Below the pieces are notes generated by a model. It was not told where the DNA came from. It saw nothing but the letters and a program-made list of their open reading frames with translations, and made no database searches. The position numbers and the translations under genes were made by a program. A stretch of 64,000 nucleotides of DNA, from contig CAVTRE010000005.1 in assembly GCA_963737055.1 (NCBI GenBank), forward strand, positions 124,037-188,036, read 5' to 3'. Positions 1-9,185 of the stretch are shown here, piece after piece. The first letter of the stretch is position 1; every line of letters begins with the position of its first letter. This stretch comes from an uncultured Solirubrobacterales bacterium. GTDB lineage: Bacteria; Actinomycetota; Thermoleophilia; Solirubrobacterales; Solirubrobacteraceae.

Positions 1-1121
1 GCCTGGCCGAGTTCGTGCCGCTGTTCGTCCTGGCGCTCCCCGCAGGGCAGCTTGCGGACCGCGTGCCGCGCCGGCTGATCTTCGCCGGCTCGCTGTTGCT
101 GGCCGCGTGCATCGCCGTCGGTCTCGGGCTGGTCAGCTCGTCGGGGACGACCCAGGTGTGGCCGTACCTGGCGCTGGCCGTCGGTGCCGGGGTGGCGATG
201 GCGATCGGGTGGCCTGCGGCGCGGGCGATGCCGCCGACGCTCGTGAGCATCGACCTGCTGCAAAACGCGATGACGCTCCGCTCGATCGCGAGCCAGGCCG
301 GGATGGTTATCGGTCCGGCGCTGGGCGGCCTTCTGTACGGCGTGTCCCCGAGCCTCGTGTATCTGCTCGCGGCCGGCTCGTGCGTCGTCTCGACGGGGTT
401 CGTGATCGTGATGCATCCACGGCCGGCCGCCGACCTCGACGATGAGGGCGTCGCGCACCCGGCGAACGTCGAGAGTGTGCTGGAGGGCCTCCGCTTCGTG
501 CGACGCACCGTGATCCTGCTCGGTGCGATCCTGCTCGACCTGTTCGCGGTCCTGTTCGGTGGGGCGGTCGCGCTGCTGCCCGTGTTCGCGCGCTCGATCC
601 TGCACGTCGGCGCCACCGGGCTCGGAGTCCTGCGCGCCGCCCCGGCGGTCGGCGCACTGATCGCCGCTGCCTGGATCACGCGCCGCCCGATCGCGCGCCG
701 TGCCGGCCGGACGCTGTTGATCGTGGTCGGCCTGTACGGGGCGAGCATCATCGTGTTCGGGCTGTCGCGGGTGTTCGTGATCTCGCTGCTCGCCCTCGCG
801 GTGAGTGGATTTGTCGACCTCTACAGCATGAACATCCGCTCGACGATCGTGGCTCTCGCCTCGCCCGACCGGCTGCGCGGCCGCGTCAACGCGGTCGAGA
901 TGGTGTTCATCAGCGCCTCGAATCAGCTCGGCGCGTTCGAGTCAGGGCTCGCCGCGTATCTCGTCGGGACGGTGCCGGCGGTCGTCGGCGGCGGGGTGAT
1001 GACGATGGCGCTCGCGCTCACCTGGGGCCGGCTGTTCCCGGCGCTCGCCGACGTCGACCGCCTCGAGGCTGTGCGTCCGCCCGAGCGGGCGGCCGTCGGA
1101 GAGGTCGAGCTGGTCACGTAG
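1..1121 (+). CDS. MFS transporter (5' end outside window)
   Basis: The frame stays open to the window edge. GQLADRVPRR matches MFS motif A (TM2-TM3 loop), so the GTG at 15 is internal. Many hydrophobic helices follow. Confidence 0.85.
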   Translation, partial: LAEFVPLFVLALPAGQLADRVPRRLIFAGSLLLAACIAVGLGLVSSSGTTQVWPYLALAVGAGVAMAIGWPAARAMPPTLVSIDLLQNAMTLRSIASQAGMVIGPALGGLLYGVSPSLVYLLAAGSCVVSTGFVIVMHPRPAADLDDEGVAHPANVESVLEGLRFVRRTVILLGAILLDLFAVLFGGAVALLPVFARSILHVGATGLGVLRAAPAVGALIAAAWITRRPIARRAGRTLLIVVGLYGASIIVFGLSRVFVISLLALAVSGFVDLYSMNIRSTIVALASPDRLRGRVNAVEMVFISASNQLGAFESGLAAYLVGTVPAVVGGGVMTMALALTWGRLFPALADVDRLEAVRPPERAAVGEVELVT

Positions 1122-1133
1122 TCTGCGGGGGCG

Positions 1134-1721
1134 ATGGACGCCGCCCGACGCCGCTTCGTCGACGACCTCTTCATCCGTAGCCGCGCGCACGACGCGACGC
1201 TGCCGGATCGACTCGAGCGGTTCCGGAACGTCGAGCCGCCGACCGCGGCGCTGCTCGGCGTGCTGATCCGCGCCACTGGAGCGCGGCGCATCCTCGAGCT
1301 CGGCACGTCCAACGGCTACTCGACGATCTGGCTGGCCGACGCGGCCGAGAGCACCGGGGGTAGCGTGGTCACCGTCGACGTCGACCCGGTCCGCACCGAG
1401 CTGGCGGCCGGGAACCTTCGGGTCGCCCGTCTCGACGCGCTCGTCGAGTTCCGCACCGGCGACGCGGCCGAGACGCTCGCCCGCTCCGGCGACGCCGAAT
1501 GGGAGTTTGTCTTCCTCGATGCCGAGCGGCCGGCCTACCCGAGCTACCTCCGCGATCTCGTCCGGGCGCTGGCGCCGCGGGGACTACTGGCGATCGACAA
1601 CGTCGAGTCGCACGCGCACGAGCTGGTCGACTTCACCTCGCTGATCGAGGCCGAGCCGGCGCTGACCCAGACGGTCGTCCCGGTCGGTGCCGGCCTGAGG
1701 CTCGCGGTCCGCGATCGCTAG
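1134..1721 (+). CDS. class I SAM-dependent O-methyltransferase (family 3-like)
   Basis: ILELGTSNGYS is a SAM-binding glycine motif. Size (195 aa) and layout fit caffeoyl-CoA OMT-like enzymes. Confidence 0.8.
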   Translation: MDAARRRFVDDLFIRSRAHDATLPDRLERFRNVEPPTAALLGVLIRATGARRILELGTSNGYSTIWLADAAESTGGSVVTVDVDPVRTELAAGNLRVARLDALVEFRTGDAAETLARSGDAEWEFVFLDAERPAYPSYLRDLVRALAPRGLLAIDNVESHAHELVDFTSLIEAEPALTQTVVPVGAGLRLAVRDR

Positions 1722-1754
1722 CGGCGTCGGGCGGCGCGGGCGGCGCGACGCGGG

Positions 1755-2012
1755 CTAGCCGCGCCGGCGGTCGCCGCGGGAACGGCGATTCGCCCGGCGC
1801 CTCTCGCCCGGACGTACCCGCCGGCTCTCGGCCAGCGCACGGCGGAAGAACGTGGCGAGCTCGCGGTCGCCGATACTCTCGGCGTGGACGATGTAGCGCT
1901 CGAGCGGCGCGCCGTTGTTCACGCACTCCTCGGCGAACCAGGCGAGGCCGGAGTGGGCCTCGCTTTCGGAGGAGTCCGTGGAATGGGAACCCATGGGGAC
2001 GTGTGTCAGCAT
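1755..2012 (-). CDS. hypothetical small protein
   Basis: 85-aa ORF with protein-like composition and an Arg-rich tail. It lies in the same orientation as the DUF892 cluster. The start may be an internal Met. Confidence 0.5.
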   Translation of the reverse strand: MLTHVPMGSHSTDSSESEAHSGLAWFAEECVNNGAPLERYIVHAESIGDRELATFFRRALAESRRVRPGERRRANRRSRGDRRRG

Positions 2013-2119
2013 CGTTCTCTCCTCGACGACGACATCGTTTGTCTACCCCGATGCGCTGAATTTCCAACCGCAGCCCGGCCGGACTCGAGCCCGGCCGGGC
2101 CGCCGGCAATGGCCGATCG

Positions 2120-2890
2120 TTAGCTGCGCGACGTGGTGCGGGCGCGCGAGGTACGCGTGGAGCCAGAGCTGCGCGACCGACCCGAGGCTTTGCGCGCGGT
2201 TGAGCTATGGGCGCCCGAGGTGCGGGTACCCGGGGTGCGGGCGGTCGAGCTGCGAGACGTCGAACGCGACCGGCTGGTCGAGCGCGAGCGAGGGGCGCCT
2301 GACGCTCCCCGCGAGCGCGTCCGCGACGAGGTCGCGCGCTGATCACGCGGGATCTCGGCACGCACGACATCCTTGGTCAGCCGCACGAGCTCGGCCGCGA
2401 GGTACTTGGCCATCCGCTCCTCATCGCGGCGAACGGCCCGCGCCAGCTGTGCCGTCTCGCGATCCCCTACCTCCATGGCAAAGGTCTCGATGCGCGTGTA
2501 GAGCGCGATCTCGGTGTGCTCCTCGCGGAGCTCGTCCTGCGCGTTGCGCAGGTGCGTCTCGGCCTGCTCGCTTACAAGCGCGCGGGCCAGTCCGACTTGT
2601 CCCTTCACGGCGGCGACCGTCTTGCCGGCGACCTCGCCGACGGCGCCCGGGACGGCGAGCAGGCCTGCGCCGGTCGGACCGCCGAGCTTCTTGATCCGCG
2701 CGGCGACGCGGCGCTTGTGATCGCGCGTCTCCTTGAGGTGGTTCTGGAGGCGCTTCTTGTACGCGGCCTTCTGAGTCAGTCCGATGTGAGCGGTTAGGTC
2801 CGCCTCAAGCTCGGCTTCCTTGGCGTGAGCTTCGCTCAGCCAGCTCACGAGCTTCGCGTCGCGCTCGTTCAGGTTCTTTGGTGCAGGCAT
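2120..2890 (-). CDS. ferritin-like DUF892 (YciE/YciF-like) protein with a Ser/Arg/Thr-rich tail
   Basis: The N-terminal ~180 aa resemble DUF892 stress proteins (LVSWLSEAHAKEAELEADL, LRNAQDEL). The C-terminal ~73 aa are low complexity. Confidence 0.8.
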   Translation of the reverse strand: MPAPKNLNERDAKLVSWLSEAHAKEAELEADLTAHIGLTQKAAYKKRLQNHLKETRDHKRRVAARIKKLGGPTGAGLLAVPGAVGEVAGKTVAAVKGQVGLARALVSEQAETHLRNAQDELREEHTEIALYTRIETFAMEVGDRETAQLARAVRRDEERMAKYLAAELVRLTKDVVRAEIPRDQRATSSRTRSRGASGAPRSRSTSRSRSTSRSSTARTPGTRTSGAHSSTARKASGRSRSSGSTRTSRARTTSRS

Positions 2891-2921
2891 ATCAGTCGTT
2901 CCTTTCGTGGGCGGTGCGGGG

Positions 2922-3497
2922 TCAGGCGGAGCGGCCGCCGTTCGCCAGCTTCAGCTGGCGATCGACCGCGGCAAGCACGGTCTGGCGGGCGCGGTGCCGG
3001 GCCTCGTAGAGCCTCATCGTCGCGAGCTCCGCGACGTTGGCCGTCCGGGCCCGGTCGATCACGTCTTTGGCGCTCATGTGGCCGTACCCATCCCAGGGCT
3101 CGGCCACGGTGATGCCCGCGCCCGCGCCGTCCTCGGCGCCGGGTTCGGCGGACTCCTCGACGAGCTCGGGCTCTTCGGAGACGTGAGCCGGCTCCTCGAC
3201 GAGCGGCGCCCGCGGTTCCTCAGTCCACTCGACCGGAGCCTCGGCAACGGCCGTGGTGCGAGTGTCTGCAACCGGCGGGGCCGCAGTGGCCGCAACCGGC
3301 CGGGCCGGGGGGTCGGCAACGGGCCGGGCGGGGGCCGGCGGCGGCGGCTCATCACGGCGCGCAGGCTCCGCTCGCCCGGGCGTGACGGCGTTAACCACCT
3401 GTTCGGTGACGGAGAGTGCGCGTCTTGCGACGTGCGCCAGCAACTGCGCAGACCGCACAGGGACGCGCACCGGCAGCGTGATGAGCTTGCCGAGCAT
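2922..3497 (-). CDS. hypothetical protein, Pro-rich centre, conserved-looking C-terminal helical domain
   Basis: 191-aa ORF with a protein-like C-terminus (MSAKDVIDRARTANVAELATMRLYEARH). It is co-oriented with the DUF892 gene. Confidence 0.6.
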   Translation of the reverse strand: MLGKLITLPVRVPVRSAQLLAHVARRALSVTEQVVNAVTPGRAEPARRDEPPPPAPARPVADPPARPVAATAAPPVADTRTTAVAEAPVEWTEEPRAPLVEEPAHVSEEPELVEESAEPGAEDGAGAGITVAEPWDGYGHMSAKDVIDRARTANVAELATMRLYEARHRARQTVLAAVDRQLKLANGGRSA

Positions 3498-3708
3498 TGC
3501 AACGTCTACTACCCAGTAGGCAGCAAACGATTCATGGGGTCAAATGCGCGAAAGAGGACGCCGCCGCCGCGTGGGGTCGGCGGCGGCGCCATGGCATCGC
3601 CGCAATGCGGCGAAGTTCGGTGCGAACGCGACAAGCACGAATAATCTCGGGCTTCCCGCGGTATGCCTGTGCTTTGAACTCGTTCAATCCCCACCCTCAC
3701 CGACGCAT

Positions 3709-5472
3709 GTGCGCCGAAAAACTTCCCGAGCGAGCAAAATTGCGTGGAGCGGTGAACAGCTGGAAGAGGAGGGGAGTGCCATCGTCAACCTGGATCCCAA
3801 GGCCATCATCAATGCCGCGCTCGACCCCAAGGGCCTGATCAGCGGCGCGGCGAAGCTCGCGGAGCGCGCCGGCGACGAGGCGTACTTCGCCGCGCTGTGT
3901 GTGCGGAGCGGTCTCGTCGGGCCGGAGCCGCCCCATCGCGTTGCGCAGCTGCTGCTTGGGTTTCAGCGGTACGGCCTGCTCGGCGGCGCGGTCGTAGCCG
4001 GCGCGGCGCGTCACGGCGACCGTGCCGTCATGATCGACGAGCGCGGCGAGCTCAGCTACAAGGAGCTCGACGAGCGCACCAACGCGCTCGCCAACGCCTG
4101 GCGCGAACACGGGCTCGAGGCCGGCGAGGGGGTCGCGATTCTCGCGCGCAACCACCGTGGGTTCCTCGAGGCGGTGTTCGCGGCCGCCAAGTGCGGCGCG
4201 CGGATCGTGCTGCTCAACACCTCGTTCGCGGGCCCGCAGATCCGCGAGGTCGCCGAGCGCGAGGGCACCGATCTGCTCGTGTACGACGACGAGTATTCGG
4301 ACACGCTCAAGGGCATCGATGACCCGCCGCGCGGGCGCTACCGGGCGTGGACAGACGAGCCCGGCGACGACACGCTCGACGCGCTGATCGAGGGCGGCGA
4401 TCGGAGCGCGCCGCCAAAGCCGAGGGAGTGGCCGCGGATCACGATCCTCACGAGCGGCACGACCGGCACGCCCAAGGGTGCGCCACGCTCGGAGCCGCGC
4501 TCGCTGGGGTTGATCGGCGGCCTGCTGAGCAAGGTCCCGTTCCACGCCCGGGAAACCACCGAGCTGTGCGTCCCGATGTTCCATGCGCTCGGATTCATGC
4601 AGGCGATCGTCGGCGTCGGCCTCGGGTCGACGCTCGTGGTGCGCAGGCGGTACGACCCCGAGGTCACGCTCGACAGCCTCGAGGAGCACGGCGCCACCGC
4701 CATGGTCATGGTCCCCGTCATGCTCTCGCGTCTCGTCGACCTCGGCGAGGAGGAGATCAAAAAGCGCGACACGTCCGCGCTGAAGATCATCTTCGTGAGC
4801 GGCTCAGCGCTCGGCGCGGACCTCGTCCAGCGCGCGACCGATCTGTTCGGGCCGGTGATCTACAACCTGTATGGATCGACCGAGATCGCCTACGCCACGA
4901 TCGCCACGCCCGAGGACCTCAAGGCGGAGCCGAGCAGCGTCGGCAAGGTGGTGCGCGGCTCGATCGTCAAGCTCCTCGACGAGGACGGAAAGGAGGTCGC
5001 CAAGGGCGATATCGGGCGGATCTTCGTCGGCAACATCTCGCAGTTCGAGGGCTACACGGGTGGCGGAAACAAGGACGTGGTCGAGGGCCTGATGGCCTCC
5101 GGCGACGTCGGCCACTTCGACCCCGAGGGTCGCCTGTATATCGATGGGCGCGACGACGAGATGATCGTCTCGGGCGGTGAGAACGTGTTCCCGGCCGAGA
5201 TCGAGGAGCTGCTCAGCGCGCACGAGTCGATCCAGGAGGCGGCCTCGATCGGCGTCGACGACCAGAAGTTCGGGCAGCGGCTCAAGGCGTTCGTCGTGCT
5301 GCAGAAGGGCGCCAAGCTCTCAGAGGATGAGATCAAGGAGTACGTCAAGGACAACCTCGCGAACTACAAGGTCCCGCGCGAGGTCGTGTTCCTCGACGAG
5401 CTGCCTCGGAACCCGACCGGGAAGGTGCTCAAGCGCGAGCTGGAGGCCGAGAAAGAAGAGGCAAAGACCTAG
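3709..5472 (+). CDS. acyl-CoA synthetase / AMP-dependent ligase (FadD-like)
   Basis: AMP-binding motif TSGTTGTPKG plus YGSTE and a GRxDD-like motif. The ORF opens at 3544 but the first ~55 codons look non-coding. GTG 3709 is my best guess for the start, and a strong GAGGAGG near 3770 leaves it uncertain. Confidence 0.85.
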   Translation: MRRKTSRASKIAWSGEQLEEEGSAIVNLDPKAIINAALDPKGLISGAAKLAERAGDEAYFAALCVRSGLVGPEPPHRVAQLLLGFQRYGLLGGAVVAGAARHGDRAVMIDERGELSYKELDERTNALANAWREHGLEAGEGVAILARNHRGFLEAVFAAAKCGARIVLLNTSFAGPQIREVAEREGTDLLVYDDEYSDTLKGIDDPPRGRYRAWTDEPGDDTLDALIEGGDRSAPPKPREWPRITILTSGTTGTPKGAPRSEPRSLGLIGGLLSKVPFHARETTELCVPMFHALGFMQAIVGVGLGSTLVVRRRYDPEVTLDSLEEHGATAMVMVPVMLSRLVDLGEEEIKKRDTSALKIIFVSGSALGADLVQRATDLFGPVIYNLYGSTEIAYATIATPEDLKAEPSSVGKVVRGSIVKLLDEDGKEVAKGDIGRIFVGNISQFEGYTGGGNKDVVEGLMASGDVGHFDPEGRLYIDGRDDEMIVSGGENVFPAEIEELLSAHESIQEAASIGVDDQKFGQRLKAFVVLQKGAKLSEDEIKEYVKDNLANYKVPREVVFLDELPRNPTGKVLKRELEAEKEEAKT

Positions 5473-6257
5473 GCGGTGTGGCGCTCGAGGAAGCCGAGCA
5501 TCCTTCGCCAGGCGTCCTGACAATCTTCGGCGTACTCCTCGAACCGCCGGTCGAAGAACGAGTGGGGCGCTCCGGGGTAGACATGGATCTCGTGGTCGAG
5601 CCCGGCGTCGGTCAGCTTGGCGTCGAACTCCTCGACCTGCTCGACCGGAATCGCCTGGTCCGCTCCGCCGAACAGGCCGAGCAGCGGGGCGCGGATCTCG
5701 GCGGCGCGCTCGAGTGGCCCGTCGACGCCGAAACGGTCGCCGGTGAGCACGCCGTAGAACCCGACGACGGCCGCGAGCTCGGGCATATCCGCGCCGGCCA
5801 GGAACGACTCGAACCCGCCCAGGCAGAACCCGACCGTCGCGATCGCCTGAGCGCCGGTGCGCTCGCGCAGCGCCGCCGCGGCCGCCGCGGCGTCCTGCTG
5901 GACTCCGGCGACCGTCAATTGCTGGACGTGGGGCATGTACTCGAACTCCTCGTCGCGCGGACCGAGGCCCGCGGTCCGCCCGAAGTAGTCGAGCGCAATC
6001 GCGTGGAAGCCGGCCTGGGCGAACCGCTCGGCGAGCTCGACGTAGAACTGGTACAGGCCGCGGACGTCCGGCAGGATCACGATCCCGCCCTTGCGCCCGG
6101 CGTCGGACGGCGCGAGCGCGCCGGAGAACCGCGTGTCGTCGGCCGAGACGAGCTCGAGCACCTCGGCCCCGGCTGCGCCGGCGATTGGGGCAAGCAGAAG
6201 ATCCTCGGGGGGCGCCGGCGGCCGGGCGTCGAAGTCGAAGCACATGCCGCCCGACAC
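5469..6257 (-). CDS. dienelactone hydrolase family protein
   Basis: 262 aa with an alpha/beta hydrolase layout typical of DLH (GIVILPDVRGL, GFCLGG nucleophile elbow). Confidence 0.85.
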   Translation of the reverse strand: MSGGMCFDFDARPPAPPEDLLLAPIAGAAGAEVLELVSADDTRFSGALAPSDAGRKGGIVILPDVRGLYQFYVELAERFAQAGFHAIALDYFGRTAGLGPRDEEFEYMPHVQQLTVAGVQQDAAAAAAALRERTGAQAIATVGFCLGGFESFLAGADMPELAAVVGFYGVLTGDRFGVDGPLERAAEIRAPLLGLFGGADQAIPVEQVEEFDAKLTDAGLDHEIHVYPGAPHSFFDRRFEEYAEDCQDAWRRMLGFLERHTA

Positions 6258-6266
6258 AATAGGGGT

Positions 6267-7376
6267 ATGACCGAAGCTATGACCACCGCCACCAATTCAC
6301 AGACCTTCCGGGCCCAGTTCCCAGTGCTCGAACGGCTGTCCTACCTCAACGCCGGCACCGAAGGGCCGATCCCAGCCGCCGCAGTCGAGGCGGTCCGCCG
6401 CCGGATCGAGGCCGAGGCCGAGACCGGCCGCTGCGGCCGCCCGTACTTCGAGGCGCTGATGGAGCTCGCCGCTCAGGCGCGCGCCGGGTACGCGACGGCG
6501 CTCGGCTGTGACCCCGTCGACGTCGCGCTGACGGGCTCGACCACCGACGGCATCAACACCGTCGTCGCCGGGCTCGATCTCCGCGCCGGCGACGAGATCG
6601 TGACCTCCGACCAGGAGCACCCTGGCATGCTCGCGCCGCTCGGACGAGCGCGCCGGCGTCATGGGGTCAAGATCCGCGTCGTCCCGTTCGCCGAGCTTCC
6701 CGGCGAGGTCACGAGCGCGACGCGGCTGATTGCGTGCTCGCATGTTTCCTGGGTGGGCGGCGAGGTCGCCGACGTGCCCGCGCTAGTCGCCACCGGGGTT
6801 CCGGTTCTGCTCGACGCCGCGCAGGCGCTCGGGGCGGTGCCGATCAACGTCCGCGAGCTCGGCTGCGACTTCTACGCAGGGTCGGGCCAGAAGTGGCTGT
6901 GCGGCCCGGAGGGCAGCGGGGCGCTGTTCGTGCGCGCCGACCGGCTGGACGACCTGCTCGTGCCGTGGCCGGGGTACGGCTCGGTAACGGATCCCGCCAA
7001 CGCGCTCGAGTTCGAGCAGGCCGAGGGCGTGAAGCGCCTCGATCACGGCTTCCCTTCCGGGATGAGGAGCGCCTGGGCGACCGCGTCTCTCGGGGTGTTC
7101 GAGGACGCGGGCTGGGACTGGGTGCACGAGCGCGCGGCTTCGCTGGCTGCGGGTCTCGCGGACCGGTTGGCCGAGAGCGGCCTGTCGGTATGGCCACGCG
7201 GTCGCTCGACGCTCGTCTCCTGGGCGGCGGAGGACGTCGATGCCGAGGTGGCGAGGCTTGCCGGCGAGGGCGTGATCGTCCGCAGCATCCCGGCGTTCGG
7301 ACTCGTGCGCGCGTCGGTGGGCGCGTGGACGTCGGAGGACGAGATCGAGCGGCTGGTGGCGCTGGCCGCTCTGTGA
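6267..7376 (+). CDS. class V aminotransferase (cysteine desulfurase / IPN epimerase-like)
   Basis: ATG at 6267 lies within the long ORF 5478-7376, and the upstream part of that ORF is antisense to the DLH gene. Motifs: YLNAGTEGP, GSTTDG, SGQKWLCGPEG. Confidence 0.85.
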   Translation: MTEAMTTATNSQTFRAQFPVLERLSYLNAGTEGPIPAAAVEAVRRRIEAEAETGRCGRPYFEALMELAAQARAGYATALGCDPVDVALTGSTTDGINTVVAGLDLRAGDEIVTSDQEHPGMLAPLGRARRRHGVKIRVVPFAELPGEVTSATRLIACSHVSWVGGEVADVPALVATGVPVLLDAAQALGAVPINVRELGCDFYAGSGQKWLCGPEGSGALFVRADRLDDLLVPWPGYGSVTDPANALEFEQAEGVKRLDHGFPSGMRSAWATASLGVFEDAGWDWVHERAASLAAGLADRLAESGLSVWPRGRSTLVSWAAEDVDAEVARLAGEGVIVRSIPAFGLVRASVGAWTSEDEIERLVALAAL

Positions 7377-7416
7377 GATTCGGGCCTCGCTGCGCTCGGC
7401 GTCCGTGGGGCCGGTT

Positions 7417-7440
7417 CCGCGCGGCATCCATGCCGCGCGG
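7417..7440 (+). terminator. perfect palindrome CCGCGCGGCAT-cc-ATGCCGCGCGG downstream of the aminotransferase gene
   Basis: Read directly from the sequence: 11-bp arms, 41 nt after the stop. No U-tract. Confidence 0.4.
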
Positions 7441-7490
7441 GCGGGGGCGGTGACTCCGCGGTGGTCGAGGGCAGATCGTCAGTTTTAGCG

Positions 7491-7579
7491 GCGGGCACCC
7501 GGAGAGGGGCCGGGGCTGGGCTGCGGGCGCGAGCCGCGATCAGCCCCGGGGACGGCCCCACCCCTCTCCAGGTGCCCGC
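7491..7579. repeat. long imperfect inverted repeat (three 9-bp paired blocks)
   Basis: GCGGGCACC/GGTGCCCGC, GGAGAGGGG/CCCCTCTCC and CCGGGGCTG/CAGCCCCGG, with an 11-nt bulge and a 22-nt loop. Lies between convergent genes. Confidence 0.5.
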
Positions 7580-7627
7580 CGTTCAACCAACCGGCGGCCG
7601 GGGCGGACGAAGCGAACGCGACCCCTC

Positions 7628-7649
7628 GGCCGGGCAAGGATGCCCGGCC
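7628..7649 (-). terminator. hairpin GGCCGGGCA-agga-TGCCCGGCC downstream of fdhD
   Basis: 9-bp GC-rich stem about 40 nt after the fdhD stop. No U-tract. Confidence 0.35.
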
Positions 7650-7688
7650 GCAGCGGCCCCATGGACGCCGCCGCAGGCGGCCCAAAAA

Positions 7689-8444
7689 TCAGCTGTCCGA
7701 CACGCGCTCGGGGTGGGTGTAGACGTTCGTCCGACCGCGGCGGGTGAAGCCGCAGAGCGTCATGCCCCGGTCGTGCGCGAGCGACACCGCCAGCGAGCTC
7801 GGCGCGCCGACTCCGACGAGGATCGGCGCGCCGGCGACGGCAGCCTTCTGGACGAGCTCGAACGAAAGGCGTCCACTCACGCATAGGATCCGCTCGCCCA
7901 GCGGGACGATCCCGTCGAGCATGGCGCGGCCGACCACCTTGTCCATCGCGTTGTGGCGGCCAACGTCCTCGCGCGTCAGGACGAGCCGACCGGTGGGTTC
8001 GAACAGACCGGTGGCGTGAACGCCGCCGGTGCGCTCGAACGCCGGCTGCTCCAGTCGGTCGGGGAGGCCGGCGAGGAACGAACGGGTGACCGACGGGCCA
8101 CTCGGGAGCGGGTCGCTGTGGACCGCGACCTCCTCGAGCGCTCCCTTACCGCACACCCCGCACGACGACGTCGTGTAGAAGCGGCGCTCGCCCGGGTCGC
8201 GGGTGAGAGGCCCGGCGACCTCGACCGTGTTGACCGCGAAGTCCTCGGTCGGGCCGGCGGTGTGCGGGCCGTCGATCAAGCCCTCGCCGTAGAGAAAGCC
8301 GAGCGCGAGCTCCTCGTCGTGGCCGGGCGTGCGCATGGTGACGACGAGCGGCACGCCGTCGACGCGGATCTCGAGCGGCTCCTCGACCGCGACCTCGTCG
8401 TCGCGGCCGTCGTGGTGGACCTTGGTGATGCTGTAGGCGCTCAA
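7689..8444 (-). CDS. fdhD: formate dehydrogenase accessory sulfurtransferase FdhD
   Basis: SSCGVCGK active-site loop, TGGVH, GRHNA. The TTG start overlaps the upstream stop (TTGA). I reject the longer Arg-rich N-terminal extension of the ORF. Confidence 0.85.
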   Translation of the reverse strand: MSAYSITKVHHDGRDDEVAVEEPLEIRVDGVPLVVTMRTPGHDEELALGFLYGEGLIDGPHTAGPTEDFAVNTVEVAGPLTRDPGERRFYTTSSCGVCGKGALEEVAVHSDPLPSGPSVTRSFLAGLPDRLEQPAFERTGGVHATGLFEPTGRLVLTREDVGRHNAMDKVVGRAMLDGIVPLGERILCVSGRLSFELVQKAAVAGAPILVGVGAPSSLAVSLAHDRGMTLCGFTRRGRTNVYTHPERVSDS

Positions 8445-9163
8445 CCGCCGGCGGGCCAGAAGTCCGAGTCGATCACCGCATCCCCGGTGTGGTGCGGTCC
8501 GAACACGACGAACTCGAGGCCGTCGGGTCCGGCTTCGAATGCGCGGGCAGAGCCCGGTGCGATCCGGATCGCGTCGAGCGGCGAAACGTCTCTGACGTCG
8601 TCGTCGATCTTGACCCTCCCGCCGCCGGCCAGCACGACGAACACCTCCTCGGCGTGCTGGTGGCGGTGGCCGAAGGCCTGGCGTACGCCCGGGCGAAGGC
8701 GCTGGTGGCTGAGTCCGGTGCTGGCCGCACCGAGCGACCGGTTCGCGAACCGTGCCTCGCCCTGCTCGCCGAAGCCGAACCTCGGCGCCATATCCTCGAC
8801 GTCCTCTAGGTTGACGAGCGTGTACCCCGCGCCGCCGGGGAGGTAGCCGACGCCGCCGAGCGGCTCGAGCTCGGTCAGCTCGGGCGTCTTGTCGAGAAGG
8901 GCGTTGACCTGTGCGACCCGCGCCTTGCCCTCGTCGGTCTGAAGCTGCTCGAGCGAGGCGTCGAGTGCTTCCTGGTTCAGCCACAGCTCCGTCACCCAGA
9001 CGACATCGGGCTCGGACGCGGCGCGGTTGATCAGGTACAGCTCGCAGCCGGCCACGCCGCGAAGCGAGTTGGCAGCGCCAAGCAGTAGCTCCGCGACCTC
9101 GTCGCCGCGGCCCGGCTGGGCCGTGAACTTCACGTAGCGACCGACTCCCGACACGGACGCCAA
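8441..9163 (-). CDS. ABM (antibiotic-biosynthesis-monooxygenase-like) domain fused to a cupin domain
   Basis: The N-terminal ~95 aa look like a dimeric alpha+beta barrel (YLINRAASEPDVVWVTELW). The C-terminus has a cupin motif (GHRHQHAEEVFVVLAGGG). Confidence 0.7.
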   Translation of the reverse strand: MASVSGVGRYVKFTAQPGRGDEVAELLLGAANSLRGVAGCELYLINRAASEPDVVWVTELWLNQEALDASLEQLQTDEGKARVAQVNALLDKTPELTELEPLGGVGYLPGGAGYTLVNLEDVEDMAPRFGFGEQGEARFANRSLGAASTGLSHQRLRPGVRQAFGHRHQHAEEVFVVLAGGGRVKIDDDVRDVSPLDAIRIAPGSARAFEAGPDGLEFVVFGPHHTGDAVIDSDFWPAGG

Positions 9164-9185
9164 TCCTAGGAGAGTCGGGCGGGAT

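Noticed and set aside
5320-6243. 307-aa minus-strand ORF overlapping the dienelactone hydrolase gene
   Set aside because: It is an alternative frame of the same strand with extreme Arg/Ala/Pro/Gly content. The DLH frame has recognisable hydrolase motifs.
7689-8984. Full 431-aa version of the fdhD ORF
   Set aside because: The N-terminal ~180 aa are Arg/Pro-rich and overlap the real ABM-cupin gene. A TTG at 8444 overlapping the upstream stop gives a normal-length FdhD.
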